Under the pieces are notes generated by a model that saw only the letters and a list, made by a program, of their open reading frames with translations, ran no database searches and was not told the DNA's origin. Below are positions 8,061 to 17,544 of a DNA stretch of 64,000 bases, piece by piece (position 1 is the stretch's first letter; the number at the start of each line of letters is the position of its first letter). The DNA comes from Bdellovibrionales bacterium. Its GTDB lineage: Bacteria > Bdellovibrionota > Bdellovibrionia > Bdellovibrionales > Bdellovibrionaceae. A program made the position numbers and the translations under genes. Location of the stretch: contig JANMPT010000097.1 in the NCBI GenBank assembly GCA_031370005.1, forward strand, positions 32,001-96,000, written 5' to 3'.

Positions 8061-10487
8061 ATGCTGAATCAAGAGTCCAACGGACAGGGCTATCAATCCG
8101 ACAATACACCACATGTTATGAGAGTTAAGAAGCGAGATGGCACGTTGGAGCCAGTTGATGTCACAAAGATCGTGGAACGAGTTACTCGTTGCTGCCAGGG
8201 TCTCGCTCAAGTGGATCCACTTCGTGTTGCTACAAAGGCCATTAGTGGTCTTTATGACGGAGCAACAACAAATGAACTCGATAATCTTAGTATTCAAACT
8301 GCAAGCCTACTAATCGGTGAAGAGCCTGAGTACTCCCGCCTTGCAGCACGTCTGCTTTCTACATACGTAGACGAGGAAGTTCGCTCGCAAAAAATTGGTT
8401 CCTTTGCTGATGCAGTAAACCTTGGTTACTCTCAAGGTTTAATATCTGAAGCTCTTCATATATTCGTTGCAAATAACAAGGCCGCTTTGTGCGCCTCTAT
8501 CGAGCCTTACCGCACTGATCGATTTGAGTATTTCGGTCTTCGCACTGTTTACGATCGTTACTTATTAAAAAATCCGACGAGTCGCCAAGTAATCGAAACT
8601 CCTCAATACTTTTTTATGCGAGTGGCTTGTGGCCTAGCACAAAATGTAGATGAAGCGATTGAGTTCTATCGATTGATTTCTTCCCACGACTATATGCCTT
8701 CAACCCCGACTTTATTTAATGCGGGAACTCTTCGTCCACAAATGTCATCTTGCTATTTGCTCGACTCCCCATTGGACGATTTGCGAGCAATTTATGATAA
8801 ATACACAGACATCGCTTTGCTTTCAAAATTCGCGGGCGGTATTGGAGTGGCTTTCCATCGAATTCGCTCTCGTGGATCTCTGATCAAAGGTACAAATGGT
8901 CATTCAAATGGCATCATTCCTTGGTTGAAAACCATGGATTCATCTGTAGCTGCTGTAAATCAAGGTGGTAAACGAAAGGGTGCTGCATGTGTCTATTTAG
9001 AAACTTGGCATGCGGACATTGAGGAGTTTCTTGAGCTTCGCGACAACACCGGCGACGAAGCAAAGCGTGCTCACAACTTAAACTTAGCAAACTGGGTTCC
9101 AGATTTATTTATGAAACGGGTTGAGGAAAACTCAATGTGGTCTTTATTTGACCCGCATATTGTTCCTAACTTTACAGATATTTATGGCCCTGAGTTTGAA
9201 AAGGCCTATGTTGAGGCAGAAGAAAATAAATTATATGTAAAACAGGTTAAGGCCCGCGATTTATACGTACGTATGATGAAAACTTTGGCTCAAACTGGCA
9301 ATGGCTGGATGACTTGGAAAGACGCTTCAAACATGAAGGCAAATCAAGTAGGTCATCCTCAAAATATAATTCATCTTTCAAATCTCTGCACTGAGATCTT
9401 AGAAGTGACTTCAGATAAAGAAACGGCCGTGTGCAACTTGGGTTCAGTAAATCTTGGACGCCACATTACAAATGGCGAATTCGATTTTGAAAAACTTGCT
9501 CGCACCGTTCGTACAGCTATCAAATACCTAGACCGCGTTGTTGATATCAATTTTTACCCAATTGATTCTGCAAAAGATAGCAATCACAAATGGCGCCCAG
9601 TGGGTCTCGGTGTTATGGGCCTTCAAGACGCTTTTTTTATGTTGAAACTACCTTTTGACTCCGACAAGGCTCGAGAACTATCTGCAAGGATCCAAGAAGA
9701 CATCTACTATAATGCAATATATGCATCTTGTGAATTGTCGGAAAAATATGGACCCCATGGAGCTTACAAGGAAACTCGCGTAGCTCATGGTCAACTGCAA
9801 TATGACCTTTGGGGAGTAACTCCAAAACAACCAGAGCGTTTTGTTCAGCTGAAGGAACGAATTAAAAAACACGGCTTGAGAAACTCTTTAGTGATAGCTA
9901 TTGCTCCAACGGCAACAATCGCGTCAATCGTGGGTTGCTATGAAGCTACAGAACCACAGATTAGTAATTTGTTTAAACGAGAGACTCTTTCTGGCGAGTT
10001 CATGCAAATAAATCGTTACCTAGTGTCTGACTTGAAAGCAATAAACCTTTGGAATGAAAACATTCGAAATGAAATCAAAATGGCAGATGGCTCCATTCAA
10101 GATGTCGCAGCTATTCCGCCACTGTTGAAAGAGCTTTACAGAAATGTTTGGGAAGTTCCAATGAAAGCATTAATTGATATGGGAGCCGAGCGGGGTCCCT
10201 ATATTGATCAGTCCCAGTCATTGAATCTTTTCATGGAAAGTCCAACCATAGGTAAACTATCGAGCATGTACATGTATGCGTGGAAAAAAGGTTTAAAAAC
10301 AACTTACTACCTCCGTTCACGTCCAGCGACTAGTATTGCAAAAACCACTGTTATGAAAACAAATATTGGAACGACAACTATGACCGAAACTATGATTGTC
10401 GAAGCCGCACCGAAAAAGGAATACACAGACACTGAAGTCTTAGCTTGTTCTCTGGAAAACCCAGAGGCCTGCGAAGCCTGCCAGTAA
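8061..10487 (+). CDS. nrdA: Ribonucleoside-diphosphate reductase alpha subunit (class Ia, ATP-cone)
   Basis: VKKRDG ATP-cone, TPTLFNAG, SSCYL, SNLCTEI, APTA, KTTYY, C-terminal CEACQ. SD GAGGGG precedes ATG 8061. Confidence 0.97.
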   Translation: MLNQESNGQGYQSDNTPHVMRVKKRDGTLEPVDVTKIVERVTRCCQGLAQVDPLRVATKAISGLYDGATTNELDNLSIQTASLLIGEEPEYSRLAARLLSTYVDEEVRSQKIGSFADAVNLGYSQGLISEALHIFVANNKAALCASIEPYRTDRFEYFGLRTVYDRYLLKNPTSRQVIETPQYFFMRVACGLAQNVDEAIEFYRLISSHDYMPSTPTLFNAGTLRPQMSSCYLLDSPLDDLRAIYDKYTDIALLSKFAGGIGVAFHRIRSRGSLIKGTNGHSNGIIPWLKTMDSSVAAVNQGGKRKGAACVYLETWHADIEEFLELRDNTGDEAKRAHNLNLANWVPDLFMKRVEENSMWSLFDPHIVPNFTDIYGPEFEKAYVEAEENKLYVKQVKARDLYVRMMKTLAQTGNGWMTWKDASNMKANQVGHPQNIIHLSNLCTEILEVTSDKETAVCNLGSVNLGRHITNGEFDFEKLARTVRTAIKYLDRVVDINFYPIDSAKDSNHKWRPVGLGVMGLQDAFFMLKLPFDSDKARELSARIQEDIYYNAIYASCELSEKYGPHGAYKETRVAHGQLQYDLWGVTPKQPERFVQLKERIKKHGLRNSLVIAIAPTATIASIVGCYEATEPQISNLFKRETLSGEFMQINRYLVSDLKAINLWNENIRNEIKMADGSIQDVAAIPPLLKELYRNVWEVPMKALIDMGAERGPYIDQSQSLNLFMESPTIGKLSSMYMYAWKKGLKTTYYLRSRPATSIAKTTVMKTNIGTTTMTETMIVEAAPKKEYTDTEVLACSLENPEACEACQ

Positions 10488-10521
10488 ATATGTATCTTAC
10501 TATTAAAAAAGGAATTTTATT

Positions 10522-11520
10522 ATGTTGTTAGATCCCGGTTTTAATCTCACTCTGCGCCCGATGAAATACCCTGTTTTTTACGAAATGTATAAGAATGGGA
10601 TTAAAAACACGTGGACTGTGGATGAAGTTGATTTCTCCACAGATCTTGTAGACCTGCACTCAAAAATGACCCCGGCAGAAAGGCATTTAATTTCGCGTTT
10701 GGTTGCTTTTTTTGCCACCGGAGATTCTATTGTAGGCAATAACCTTGTATTAAATCTCTATAAGCATGTGAATTCTCCGGAAGGGCGCATGTATTTGTCT
10801 CGTCAACTTTATGAAGAGGCCTTGCATGTCCAGTTCTATCTTACCCTTTTAGACACATATATTCCTAATCACGAGGAAAGAGCGGAGGCTTTCTCTGCAA
10901 TTGAAACCATTCCTTCGATAAAAAAGAAAGCAGATTTCTGTTTTAAGTGGATTGATTCTATCAATGAACTTGAAACTTTAAAAACAAAGGAAGATCGCCG
11001 TAAATTCCTGATGAACATGATTTGTTTTGCAACATGCGTAGAAGGCCTTTTCTTTTTTGCGGCCTTTGCTTATGTTTACTTCCTGCGTTCAAAAGGTTTG
11101 CTTGCGGGGCTAGCTACTGGCACAAATTGGGTTTTCCGTGACGAAAGTATGCATATGGCTTTTGCTTTGGAAGTGATCAAAAATGCCCGTCAAGAAGAGC
11201 CAGATCTTTTCAATGAACAAATGGAAGATATGGTAGTACAAATGATAGAAGATGCCATTGATTGTGAAATGGAATTTGCCCAGGATGTTCTTCAATTTGG
11301 ACTAGCCGGGATGTCCGCTAAGGATATGAGACAGTATTTAGAATTTGTTGCTGACCAGCGTTTAGAAAGTTTGAACATTGCCCCTCGTTACAAAGTAAAA
11401 AACCCATTCTCCTTTATGGAGCTTCAAGATATGCAAGAGCTTGCGAATTTCTTTGAGAGAAGAGTCTCAGCTTATCAAATGGGAGTTTCCGGAAGCGTAT
11501 CTTTCGATGAAACGTTCTAA
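10522..11520 (+). CDS. nrdB: Ribonucleoside-diphosphate reductase beta subunit
   Basis: FFATGDSIV, EEALHVQFY (radical Tyr), VEGLFF, RDESMH, NFFERRVSAY. Confidence 0.97.
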   Translation: MLLDPGFNLTLRPMKYPVFYEMYKNGIKNTWTVDEVDFSTDLVDLHSKMTPAERHLISRLVAFFATGDSIVGNNLVLNLYKHVNSPEGRMYLSRQLYEEALHVQFYLTLLDTYIPNHEERAEAFSAIETIPSIKKKADFCFKWIDSINELETLKTKEDRRKFLMNMICFATCVEGLFFFAAFAYVYFLRSKGLLAGLATGTNWVFRDESMHMAFALEVIKNARQEEPDLFNEQMEDMVVQMIEDAIDCEMEFAQDVLQFGLAGMSAKDMRQYLEFVADQRLESLNIAPRYKVKNPFSFMELQDMQELANFFERRVSAYQMGVSGSVSFDETF

Positions 11521-12505
11521 AGAGTTTTTTCTTTGGTTATTTTTTCTCGCTATTTGCTTTTGGGCAGGTTACATAAAAGGTTTCCTGCCCTTAACATTTA
11601 AGCAAGGGTTATTTGCTAAAGGTCCCGTGAAAATTTTGAACGCGACTCCTTTAGATTTTCCTGTGGATTTTATTAAAGCTCTTGAAGACGATTTTGGACA
11701 AAAAATTGAAGTACAAAGAGCTAAAGATTGGGATGAAGTTCAAGCGAAAATGGTTATTAAAAATGGGGCGCATTTGATCATAGCGCCTACTTACTGGGCT
11801 CAGGACCTTTCCCGCGAGTCGCTCATACTTAGTCTCAATCCCCTACAAACAAAAATCGAAAAGAGAGTCTCTCCTGATTTTATTTCTTTACAAGGAAAAA
11901 ATCTCAATGTTCTTCCCTTGTATTGGACACTTACAGATTTTCGAGTTCACAAAGACAGCAACTTAGGTGAAAGCCTTGAAGAAGCACTTCAGAGCAAAAA
12001 TCTTACAGAGATCCACCTCTATCCAAACGTTGATTTAATGGCAACCCATTTAAAACTCTGGTCTAGCAATCCCCAAGTGGGTGCTTTAAAGCTTAAAAAT
12101 ATTGAGAGTTTCCATTACAAAAACATTCCTCAAGAAATATCAAAAACCTCAATTTGGGAAGTTCCACATTTATTAAAAATAAATAATTCTCGTACATTGA
12201 GCTCTTTAAATAGCAATGCCTTAATAATTTATGGAATAATGATTCCTAAAAATTCTCTTAATAAAAAAACATCCTACCGTCTTCTAGAAAGAATGATGGA
12301 CCGGGATCTTGAGGAAATCACCCTTGCAAAGCTTCCCTTAGGAAGCACGCTCCAACAATCAGAGAGGAATATAAAAATCAACAAGGAACAGCACTCCTCA
12401 GAGTTGCGTGATCTTAAACTGCATGAGTTAATTATTCTCGACAAAAGGGTTCCAGAACTTTTTCAAAACTACTGGCAAAAGTATAACTTTATCTCACCAA
12501 ATTAA
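11507..12505 (+). CDS. Membrane-anchored, divergent solute-binding-protein-like hypothetical
   Basis: ATG 11507 overlaps the nrdB end. N-terminal TM segment; PotD/SBP-like pattern (FIKALEDDFGQKIEV..., VLPLYWTL). Confidence 0.55.
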   Translation: MKRSKEFFLWLFFLAICFWAGYIKGFLPLTFKQGLFAKGPVKILNATPLDFPVDFIKALEDDFGQKIEVQRAKDWDEVQAKMVIKNGAHLIIAPTYWAQDLSRESLILSLNPLQTKIEKRVSPDFISLQGKNLNVLPLYWTLTDFRVHKDSNLGESLEEALQSKNLTEIHLYPNVDLMATHLKLWSSNPQVGALKLKNIESFHYKNIPQEISKTSIWEVPHLLKINNSRTLSSLNSNALIIYGIMIPKNSLNKKTSYRLLERMMDRDLEEITLAKLPLGSTLQQSERNIKINKEQHSSELRDLKLHELIILDKRVPELFQNYWQKYNFISPN

Positions 12506-12998
12506 GATAAATATTACCGCCTCCAGCATTTGTAACAAGTGCACCTGTTGAATCATAAGCCACAAGCTCTAGTTTCACTGTGTAGATTGTACTTAGCGAG
12601 AGATTGCGAATATCAATAACCACATCAAATTTTCCATTACGGCATACTGGAATTGTTGATGTTCCTGTAGCACTGTAGACTCCGGCACTTACTGGAGCGT
12701 TTCCATTCTGAGTAACAATAGACACATTGATTTTATTACTCGGATATGTTGAGGCATAGCAGTCACCGCTGACTTCAACCTTGGTATCTGTTGAGGCAGG
12801 GTAAAGAGAAACAATATTTCCTGTTGTAGACAACTTAATTGTATTCGCACTTGCGGCCTGATTGGCACAGCCATTTGCTGGACACTTAGAACTGCTTTGA
12901 TAATCCCCGACAAGCCCGCTGCCAGGAGGTTGATTACAGGCCGGAAGCCCCAAAAAAACTAGGGTTGCTAAAAGCATAAAAAGAGGTTTAAAAGACAT
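12489..12998 (-). CDS. Cys-containing hypothetical lipoprotein
   Basis: Lipobox LGLPA-C, CPANGC, GDC and VCRNGKF, beta-rich; SD GGGGGA. Confidence 0.75.
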   Translation of the reverse strand: MSFKPLFMLLATLVFLGLPACNQPPGSGLVGDYQSSSKCPANGCANQAASANTIKLSTTGNIVSLYPASTDTKVEVSGDCYASTYPSNKINVSIVTQNGNAPVSAGVYSATGTSTIPVCRNGKFDVVIDIRNLSLSTIYTVKLELVAYDSTGALVTNAGGGNIYLNLVR

Positions 12999-13096
12999 AC
13001 GGAGTCCCCCTATTTCTTATGATAGCAAGGATGTAAGCTTTGTGGAAAAATATTTATTAAATCTCTAAAAAGACTGTTTCAATATGAGTCAAAGGT

Positions 13097-13999
13097 TTAT
13101 AAAAACACTTTCCTTTTGAGTCTAGTAATTACCCCCTCCAGAAGCTCAGGCTCTAGGAATAGGAAATAGGTTGAAAGCATGATAAGTGAAAAATGCATCA
13201 GTCCCATAAAAAGTCCAATTGATCCATGAAAGAAAAGCCCCGTGATCAACCAATATTTACGCCCTTTGGGATTTAACATAGCTGCGGGGAAATAGATTTC
13301 AAAGATTATGCTCAAAAAACTTCCTATGGCGATTGCCAAAGGCAGGTGCCTCAAAAAGGTCCAATCCATATTCACCATCTGAGGATTTGCTAGAACACTC
13401 CAAAGCGCTGTGCCATCCCACCAGCTTATACCTTTTAGTTTTTCAAACCCCGTATAGGCGTAGATGATGCAAATCTGAAATTGTATCATTCTCATCATTG
13501 CCGAGCTCAGCCAATCTGATTCCATACGCAAAGGTTTTTTTCTTTTGAAAAAATTAAAAATACTCAGCCGAGCGCAACTATCCGAGAATGCCAGGTAAAA
13601 TAAAAAAACCCCTCCGATAACATCTGCGCCAAAGACGGCCCCATAATTGCGATACATAAAACCCATATGGAGTACCCAGGCTAGCGCTGTCAAAGCTCTT
13701 CCACCGATTCCTAAAAACAGTAATAGTAATGTAAAAACATAGATAGAATGAACTCCGCCCATCATAGAGTCTGGCCAGAAGTACCATCCCCAAAGTGGAC
13801 GCGTGAACTCGTCCATGGTCTCAAGCGCCAAGGAGCGTGGCATAAGCCACCCATCGGTGAAGTAAATAATATTCCAGGAACGTAAGAAATAAAGATGAAG
13901 CATGGTTCCGGTTAGAAAAATTCGCATCAGAGCTAAATTAATTAGTTTTTTCGGAGAAAACCAAAAATGATCCCAGGCCTTAAGTGCTTTACTCAACAT
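13097..13999 (-). CDS. HTTM-domain membrane protein (SdpB-like)
   Basis: LALMRI, RNY..FGAD, QICIIYAYTGFEKL.G..WWDGTAL, FEIYFP, FHGSIGLFMGL..FS; multiple TM segments. Confidence 0.8.
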   Translation of the reverse strand: MLSKALKAWDHFWFSPKKLINLALMRIFLTGTMLHLYFLRSWNIIYFTDGWLMPRSLALETMDEFTRPLWGWYFWPDSMMGGVHSIYVFTLLLLFLGIGGRALTALAWVLHMGFMYRNYGAVFGADVIGGVFLFYLAFSDSCARLSIFNFFKRKKPLRMESDWLSSAMMRMIQFQICIIYAYTGFEKLKGISWWDGTALWSVLANPQMVNMDWTFLRHLPLAIAIGSFLSIIFEIYFPAAMLNPKGRKYWLITGLFFHGSIGLFMGLMHFSLIMLSTYFLFLEPELLEGVITRLKRKVFL

Positions 14000-14537
14000 G
14001 ACAAGGGAACTCCCGTTTAATATAATCTTGTTCTTTAGATAGCTCTGCCATAGTTTCTTGTTTGAAGGTCACCGCTTGATCAAGGGGAGCAATAGACTCA
14101 ACTATAAAATCAATACGAACTGAAGTTGCCCCAAGATTCACCCGGCAAATATGCGGTACAAACATTTTTTCCATGCGATCCGGACCCAATAATAAATAAT
14201 GCATCATATAGAGTTCGCGGCGCTGAGTGGGATCAAAGGTTCCAACATTTTTTAATTCAGGAAAGAACCCCTCTTTGGATTCCTTAATAGGATCGCCTTT
14301 TTCATCCTTAAAATACACTTGGTAACGGATATACATAGTGTGTGCAGGATCTGGAGAAAAAAAATTCCATGAAGTATTAAAACCAGTGATGTTTGCATAA
14401 GGAGTGATGACTCCCTGAAAAAAACGTCCAAAGTAGGAGCTTCCATTGGACATCACAATTACAACAAAAAGATGGTAAAGTATCCAAATACTCGCAAGAG
14501 CTTTTAGAAAAAAGAGCCCTCTTCTAGACTTCAGCAT
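13989..14537 (-). CDS. SdpA-like partner protein
   Basis: Likely ATG 14537 overlapping the scpB end. N-terminal TM ending in YH, then the WNFFSPDP motif; overlaps the HTTM gene start. Confidence 0.6.
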   Translation of the reverse strand: MLKSRRGLFFLKALASIWILYHLFVVIVMSNGSSYFGRFFQGVITPYANITGFNTSWNFFSPDPAHTMYIRYQVYFKDEKGDPIKESKEGFFPELKNVGTFDPTQRRELYMMHYLLLGPDRMEKMFVPHICRVNLGATSVRIDFIVESIAPLDQAVTFKQETMAELSKEQDYIKREFPCHVE

Positions 14538-15654
14538 CTTCCTCGTCAATATCATCGGCTTCACCCAGGAATGGCAATTCATCGTCTTCCATATCCTCTT
14601 CACTGGCTTGTTGATCTGGTTCAGCATCAAAATTAGCTATGGCCTCTTGAAGCTCCACTCCTCGTCCAACAGCAAGTGCACGATCATAGCGTTCTAGCCA
14701 ATTCACATCGCGAGTTGAGACTTGCTCATTCACTTCCAAAGCTTCACGAATATTTTGCGCCTTCTCTTGATCCCGCTGTTCGCGTTGCCTTTGTTTTTCT
14801 TTCTCAAAGAATGCCGAAGATGTTGAAATCTCTTCAAGTTGTTCAGTAATTTTTGTTAACTCTTCTTCACCTTGCGAGTACGAAGACCCCGTCAATGACG
14901 CCATAGAATCCGTTATTGCACTGAGAGTTTCTTTTTTATCTTCCTCGCCGATTCCCTCAGGCAAAAGCTCATCAATTTGAGAGAGTGTTGGTAGCTCTTT
15001 AAGATTGCGAAGACCGAAAATCTCTAGAAACTTACGAGTCGTTCCATATTGCATCGGGCGACCTGGGAGCTCACTCTTACCTTCAAAACAAACGAGATTC
15101 TTTTCCATTAAAGCTCGTAATAAATGACCTGACTCAACACCACGAACCGCATCGATTTCCGATTTCACCAGGGGTTGCTTGTAAGCAACAATTGCAAGAA
15201 CTTCAAGCGCAGGACCTGAGAGTTTGAAAGGGCGTACTTTCAAAGTTTTGCGCATAAATTCCATATTGTCGATTTTTGTACGTAGCTGATAGCCCCCTGG
15301 AACTTCCTCCAAGCTTATACCGCGGCGTCCTCCTGCATATTCAACAGCTAAACTATCCAAAGCGCGATGAAGCTTTTGAGTATTAATATTCGTGGCTTTA
15401 AAAACAAGCTTTAAAGAAGCTAAACTCACCGGGCGATCCGAGGCAAAAAGAATACTTTCGACAATGGATTCTAAGCGTTCTTCCTCTACAAATTCAACGT
15501 CTTCAATTTCCACTGATTCAAATCCATCCAGCTCAGTGCCTTCAAGGGGAACATCAGAGAGGGTGTCTTCTTCTTGTAAAAAAATTGAGGCTTCCATTTC
15601 GATATTAGAATCTTCTCCATGTAAAGATTCAGATAAATTCTTTTTTTTAGCCAA
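14524..15654 (-). CDS. scpB: SMC-Scp complex subunit ScpB with acidic extensions
   Basis: ESILFAS, GGYQLRT, LSGPALEVLAIVAYKQP, RGVES, PGRPMQYGTT..FLEIFGL..LKELP. Probable TTG start 15654 after GGAGG. Confidence 0.93.
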   Translation of the reverse strand: MAKKKNLSESLHGEDSNIEMEASIFLQEEDTLSDVPLEGTELDGFESVEIEDVEFVEEERLESIVESILFASDRPVSLASLKLVFKATNINTQKLHRALDSLAVEYAGGRRGISLEEVPGGYQLRTKIDNMEFMRKTLKVRPFKLSGPALEVLAIVAYKQPLVKSEIDAVRGVESGHLLRALMEKNLVCFEGKSELPGRPMQYGTTRKFLEIFGLRNLKELPTLSQIDELLPEGIGEEDKKETLSAITDSMASLTGSSYSQGEEELTKITEQLEEISTSSAFFEKEKQRQREQRDQEKAQNIREALEVNEQVSTRDVNWLERYDRALAVGRGVELQEAIANFDAEPDQQASEEDMEDDELPFLGEADDIDEEDAEV

Positions 15655-16525
15655 GAGCTCCTCCTTCTTCTGCAGCGAAGATTTCTTCATCACTGGCCAT
15701 GTCTTCTGTTTCTACAATTTCTACCGCAGATTCCGCAATCATTTGCTCAAGAATTACTGCTGAATTTACAGAACCATACTCTTCGACATTTGAAAGCACA
15801 TCGCCTTCAACTGTTTTTTTTGCTTCAACATAAATATCAGAATAAGTTTCGATCTGAAGTAAAGAGACAAAGCCCATTTTTCCAAGCTCTAACAGGGATA
15901 AAAAGGTAATCAGTGTTTGACGTGCCCTATCCTCGGTCCCACTAACCAAGTCCATCATTACCACTTTTTGACCCACGATCAAACGATCTTTGATCTCTAA
16001 AATTCGACTCGCAATGGACTGGGACTTTACGGTGACCTGATGGATCTTTTTTTTCGCTGTTTTAATAATCAGACGATAAGTTGCAATCAATGAGAATAAA
16101 GCGTTTTCTTCAAGAATAATTTCATCTTCTTTAGGAGACAAGGACTCACGACTGCCACGCAACCAAAGATCGCGTCCCACCAAAGGACGCTCATAAAGTA
16201 GTTTCGCCACCTCTTGATATTTTTGATATTCTAGAAGTTTTTGTACGAGCTCCTTACGCGGATCCTCTGTCTCAAGAATCTCGCCGTTTTCGTCATACTG
16301 AGGAAGAAGCATGCGTGATTTTATATGGATTAAAGTTGATGCCATGGCGATAAATTCACCGGCAACTTCCAGATCCAATTCTTTCATGAGTTTAATATAT
16401 TCAAAATACTGCTTCGTGATATCATGGATATTAATATCCATGATATCCATCTCTTCCTTTCGGATGAGATAAAGAAGAAGTCCTAGAGGGCCTTCAAATT
16501 TTGGCAACTGAATATTAATACTCAT
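15647..16525 (-). CDS. scpA: Segregation/condensation protein A
   Basis: FEGPLGLLLYLI, EFIAMASTLIHIKSRMLLP, EDPRKELV, TFLSLLEL. Confidence 0.95.
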   Translation of the reverse strand: MSINIQLPKFEGPLGLLLYLIRKEEMDIMDINIHDITKQYFEYIKLMKELDLEVAGEFIAMASTLIHIKSRMLLPQYDENGEILETEDPRKELVQKLLEYQKYQEVAKLLYERPLVGRDLWLRGSRESLSPKEDEIILEENALFSLIATYRLIIKTAKKKIHQVTVKSQSIASRILEIKDRLIVGQKVVMMDLVSGTEDRARQTLITFLSLLELGKMGFVSLLQIETYSDIYVEAKKTVEGDVLSNVEEYGSVNSAVILEQMIAESAVEIVETEDMASDEEIFAAEEGGALG

Positions 16526-16551
16526 TAAGGTTCATCTCCTTAAACAGTTGT

Positions 16552-17544
16552 TCACCATTTCATTTGAGCACGCACGATCCCAAGTGTTTTTTGCGCTTCA
16601 ATACGAGCTTTTTCACAACCAGAAATAAGGATTGAATCAAGCAGCTTTGGATTATTCAACAACTCTTTTTTCTTTTCTCGAGGTTCTTTGGTTAGAGTTT
16701 CGATATTGCTGAATAATTTAGCTTTGCAGTCGCCACAACCAATGCCAGCTGTCCTGCAACCACTATTTGCCCAGCTTAAATCTTCAGCAGATGAGTACAG
16801 TTTGTGATAACCATAGACAGAGCAGACATCAGGATTGCCAACATCCTCCCGACGCACGCGCTGAGGGTCTGTCACCATTAAATTTACTTTTTTCTTAAGA
16901 TTCTTTTCGTCCTCCGTCAGAAATAAAGTATTGCCGTAGGATTTAGACATTTTACGACCATCAAGCCCTGGCAATACTGGAACCTCAGTAAACAACGGAG
17001 TTGGCTCAGGAAGCTTTGCCTTATAAATATTATTAAAGCGACGAATGATTTCCCGTGAGATTTCCAAGTGCGCCGTTTGATCTTTTCCTATAGGAACTTT
17101 TTCACCGCGATAAATTAAAATGTCCGCAGTTTGAAGTACTGGATAAGCAAAACGACCCAGATTATGTGTGTCATTCTGTTTTGCCTCCACTTCCGCATCC
17201 TTCCATGTAGTAACCCGTTCAAGCCAGCCCATGGGCGTAAGATTTGCTAGAATCATGAAAAGCTCTAAATGCTCTGGAACTTTGCTTTGAACAAAGATCG
17301 TGGACTTTTCAGGATCAAGTCCCCAAGCAATAAACTCAGCGATCATTTCCCGGGTCCAAGAAGCCACATCTTGTGCGCTTCGATAAGCTGTGGTCATCCC
17401 ATGCCAGTCCATAGCTCCAAAAAAACAATCATATAAACCTTCATTTTGAAGCTTTATAAAATTACTAAGTGCTCCCCAATAGTTTCCAATATGCAAAGGT
17501 CCTGTAACTCGAATGCCACTCATCACTCGTTGGCGATGATTCAT
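16552..17544 (-). CDS. trpS: Tryptophanyl-tRNA synthetase
   Basis: HIGN, YPVLQTADIL, VPIGKDQ..HLE, KMSKS. Confidence 0.97.
   Translation of the reverse strand: MNHRQRVMSGIRVTGPLHIGNYWGALSNFIKLQNEGLYDCFFGAMDWHGMTTAYRSAQDVASWTREMIAEFIAWGLDPEKSTIFVQSKVPEHLELFMILANLTPMGWLERVTTWKDAEVEAKQNDTHNLGRFAYPVLQTADILIYRGEKVPIGKDQTAHLEISREIIRRFNNIYKAKLPEPTPLFTEVPVLPGLDGRKMSKSYGNTLFLTEDEKNLKKKVNLMVTDPQRVRREDVGNPDVCSVYGYHKLYSSAEDLSWANSGCRTAGIGCGDCKAKLFSNIETLTKEPREKKKELLNNPKLLDSILISGCEKARIEAQKTLGIVRAQMKW

Noticed and set aside
7548..8297. Minus-strand ORFs 7548..7811 and 7947..8297
   Set aside because: Low-complexity or antisense to nrdA, no SD, no recognisable motifs; they overlap regulatory elements.
13024..13039. 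sigma54 promoter for lipoprotein 12489..12998
   Set aside because: Minus strand AGCTTACATCCTTGCT has the -12 TTGC but GC instead of the near-invariant GG at -24; too weak to call despite the nearby palindrome.
15392..15763. Ser-rich 123-aa plus-strand ORF, and similar shadow ORFs (18332..18691, 52611..52988, 53813..54100, 59602..59937, 61120..61494)
   Set aside because: Antisense shadows of well-supported genes; their composition mirrors the codons of the real strand.
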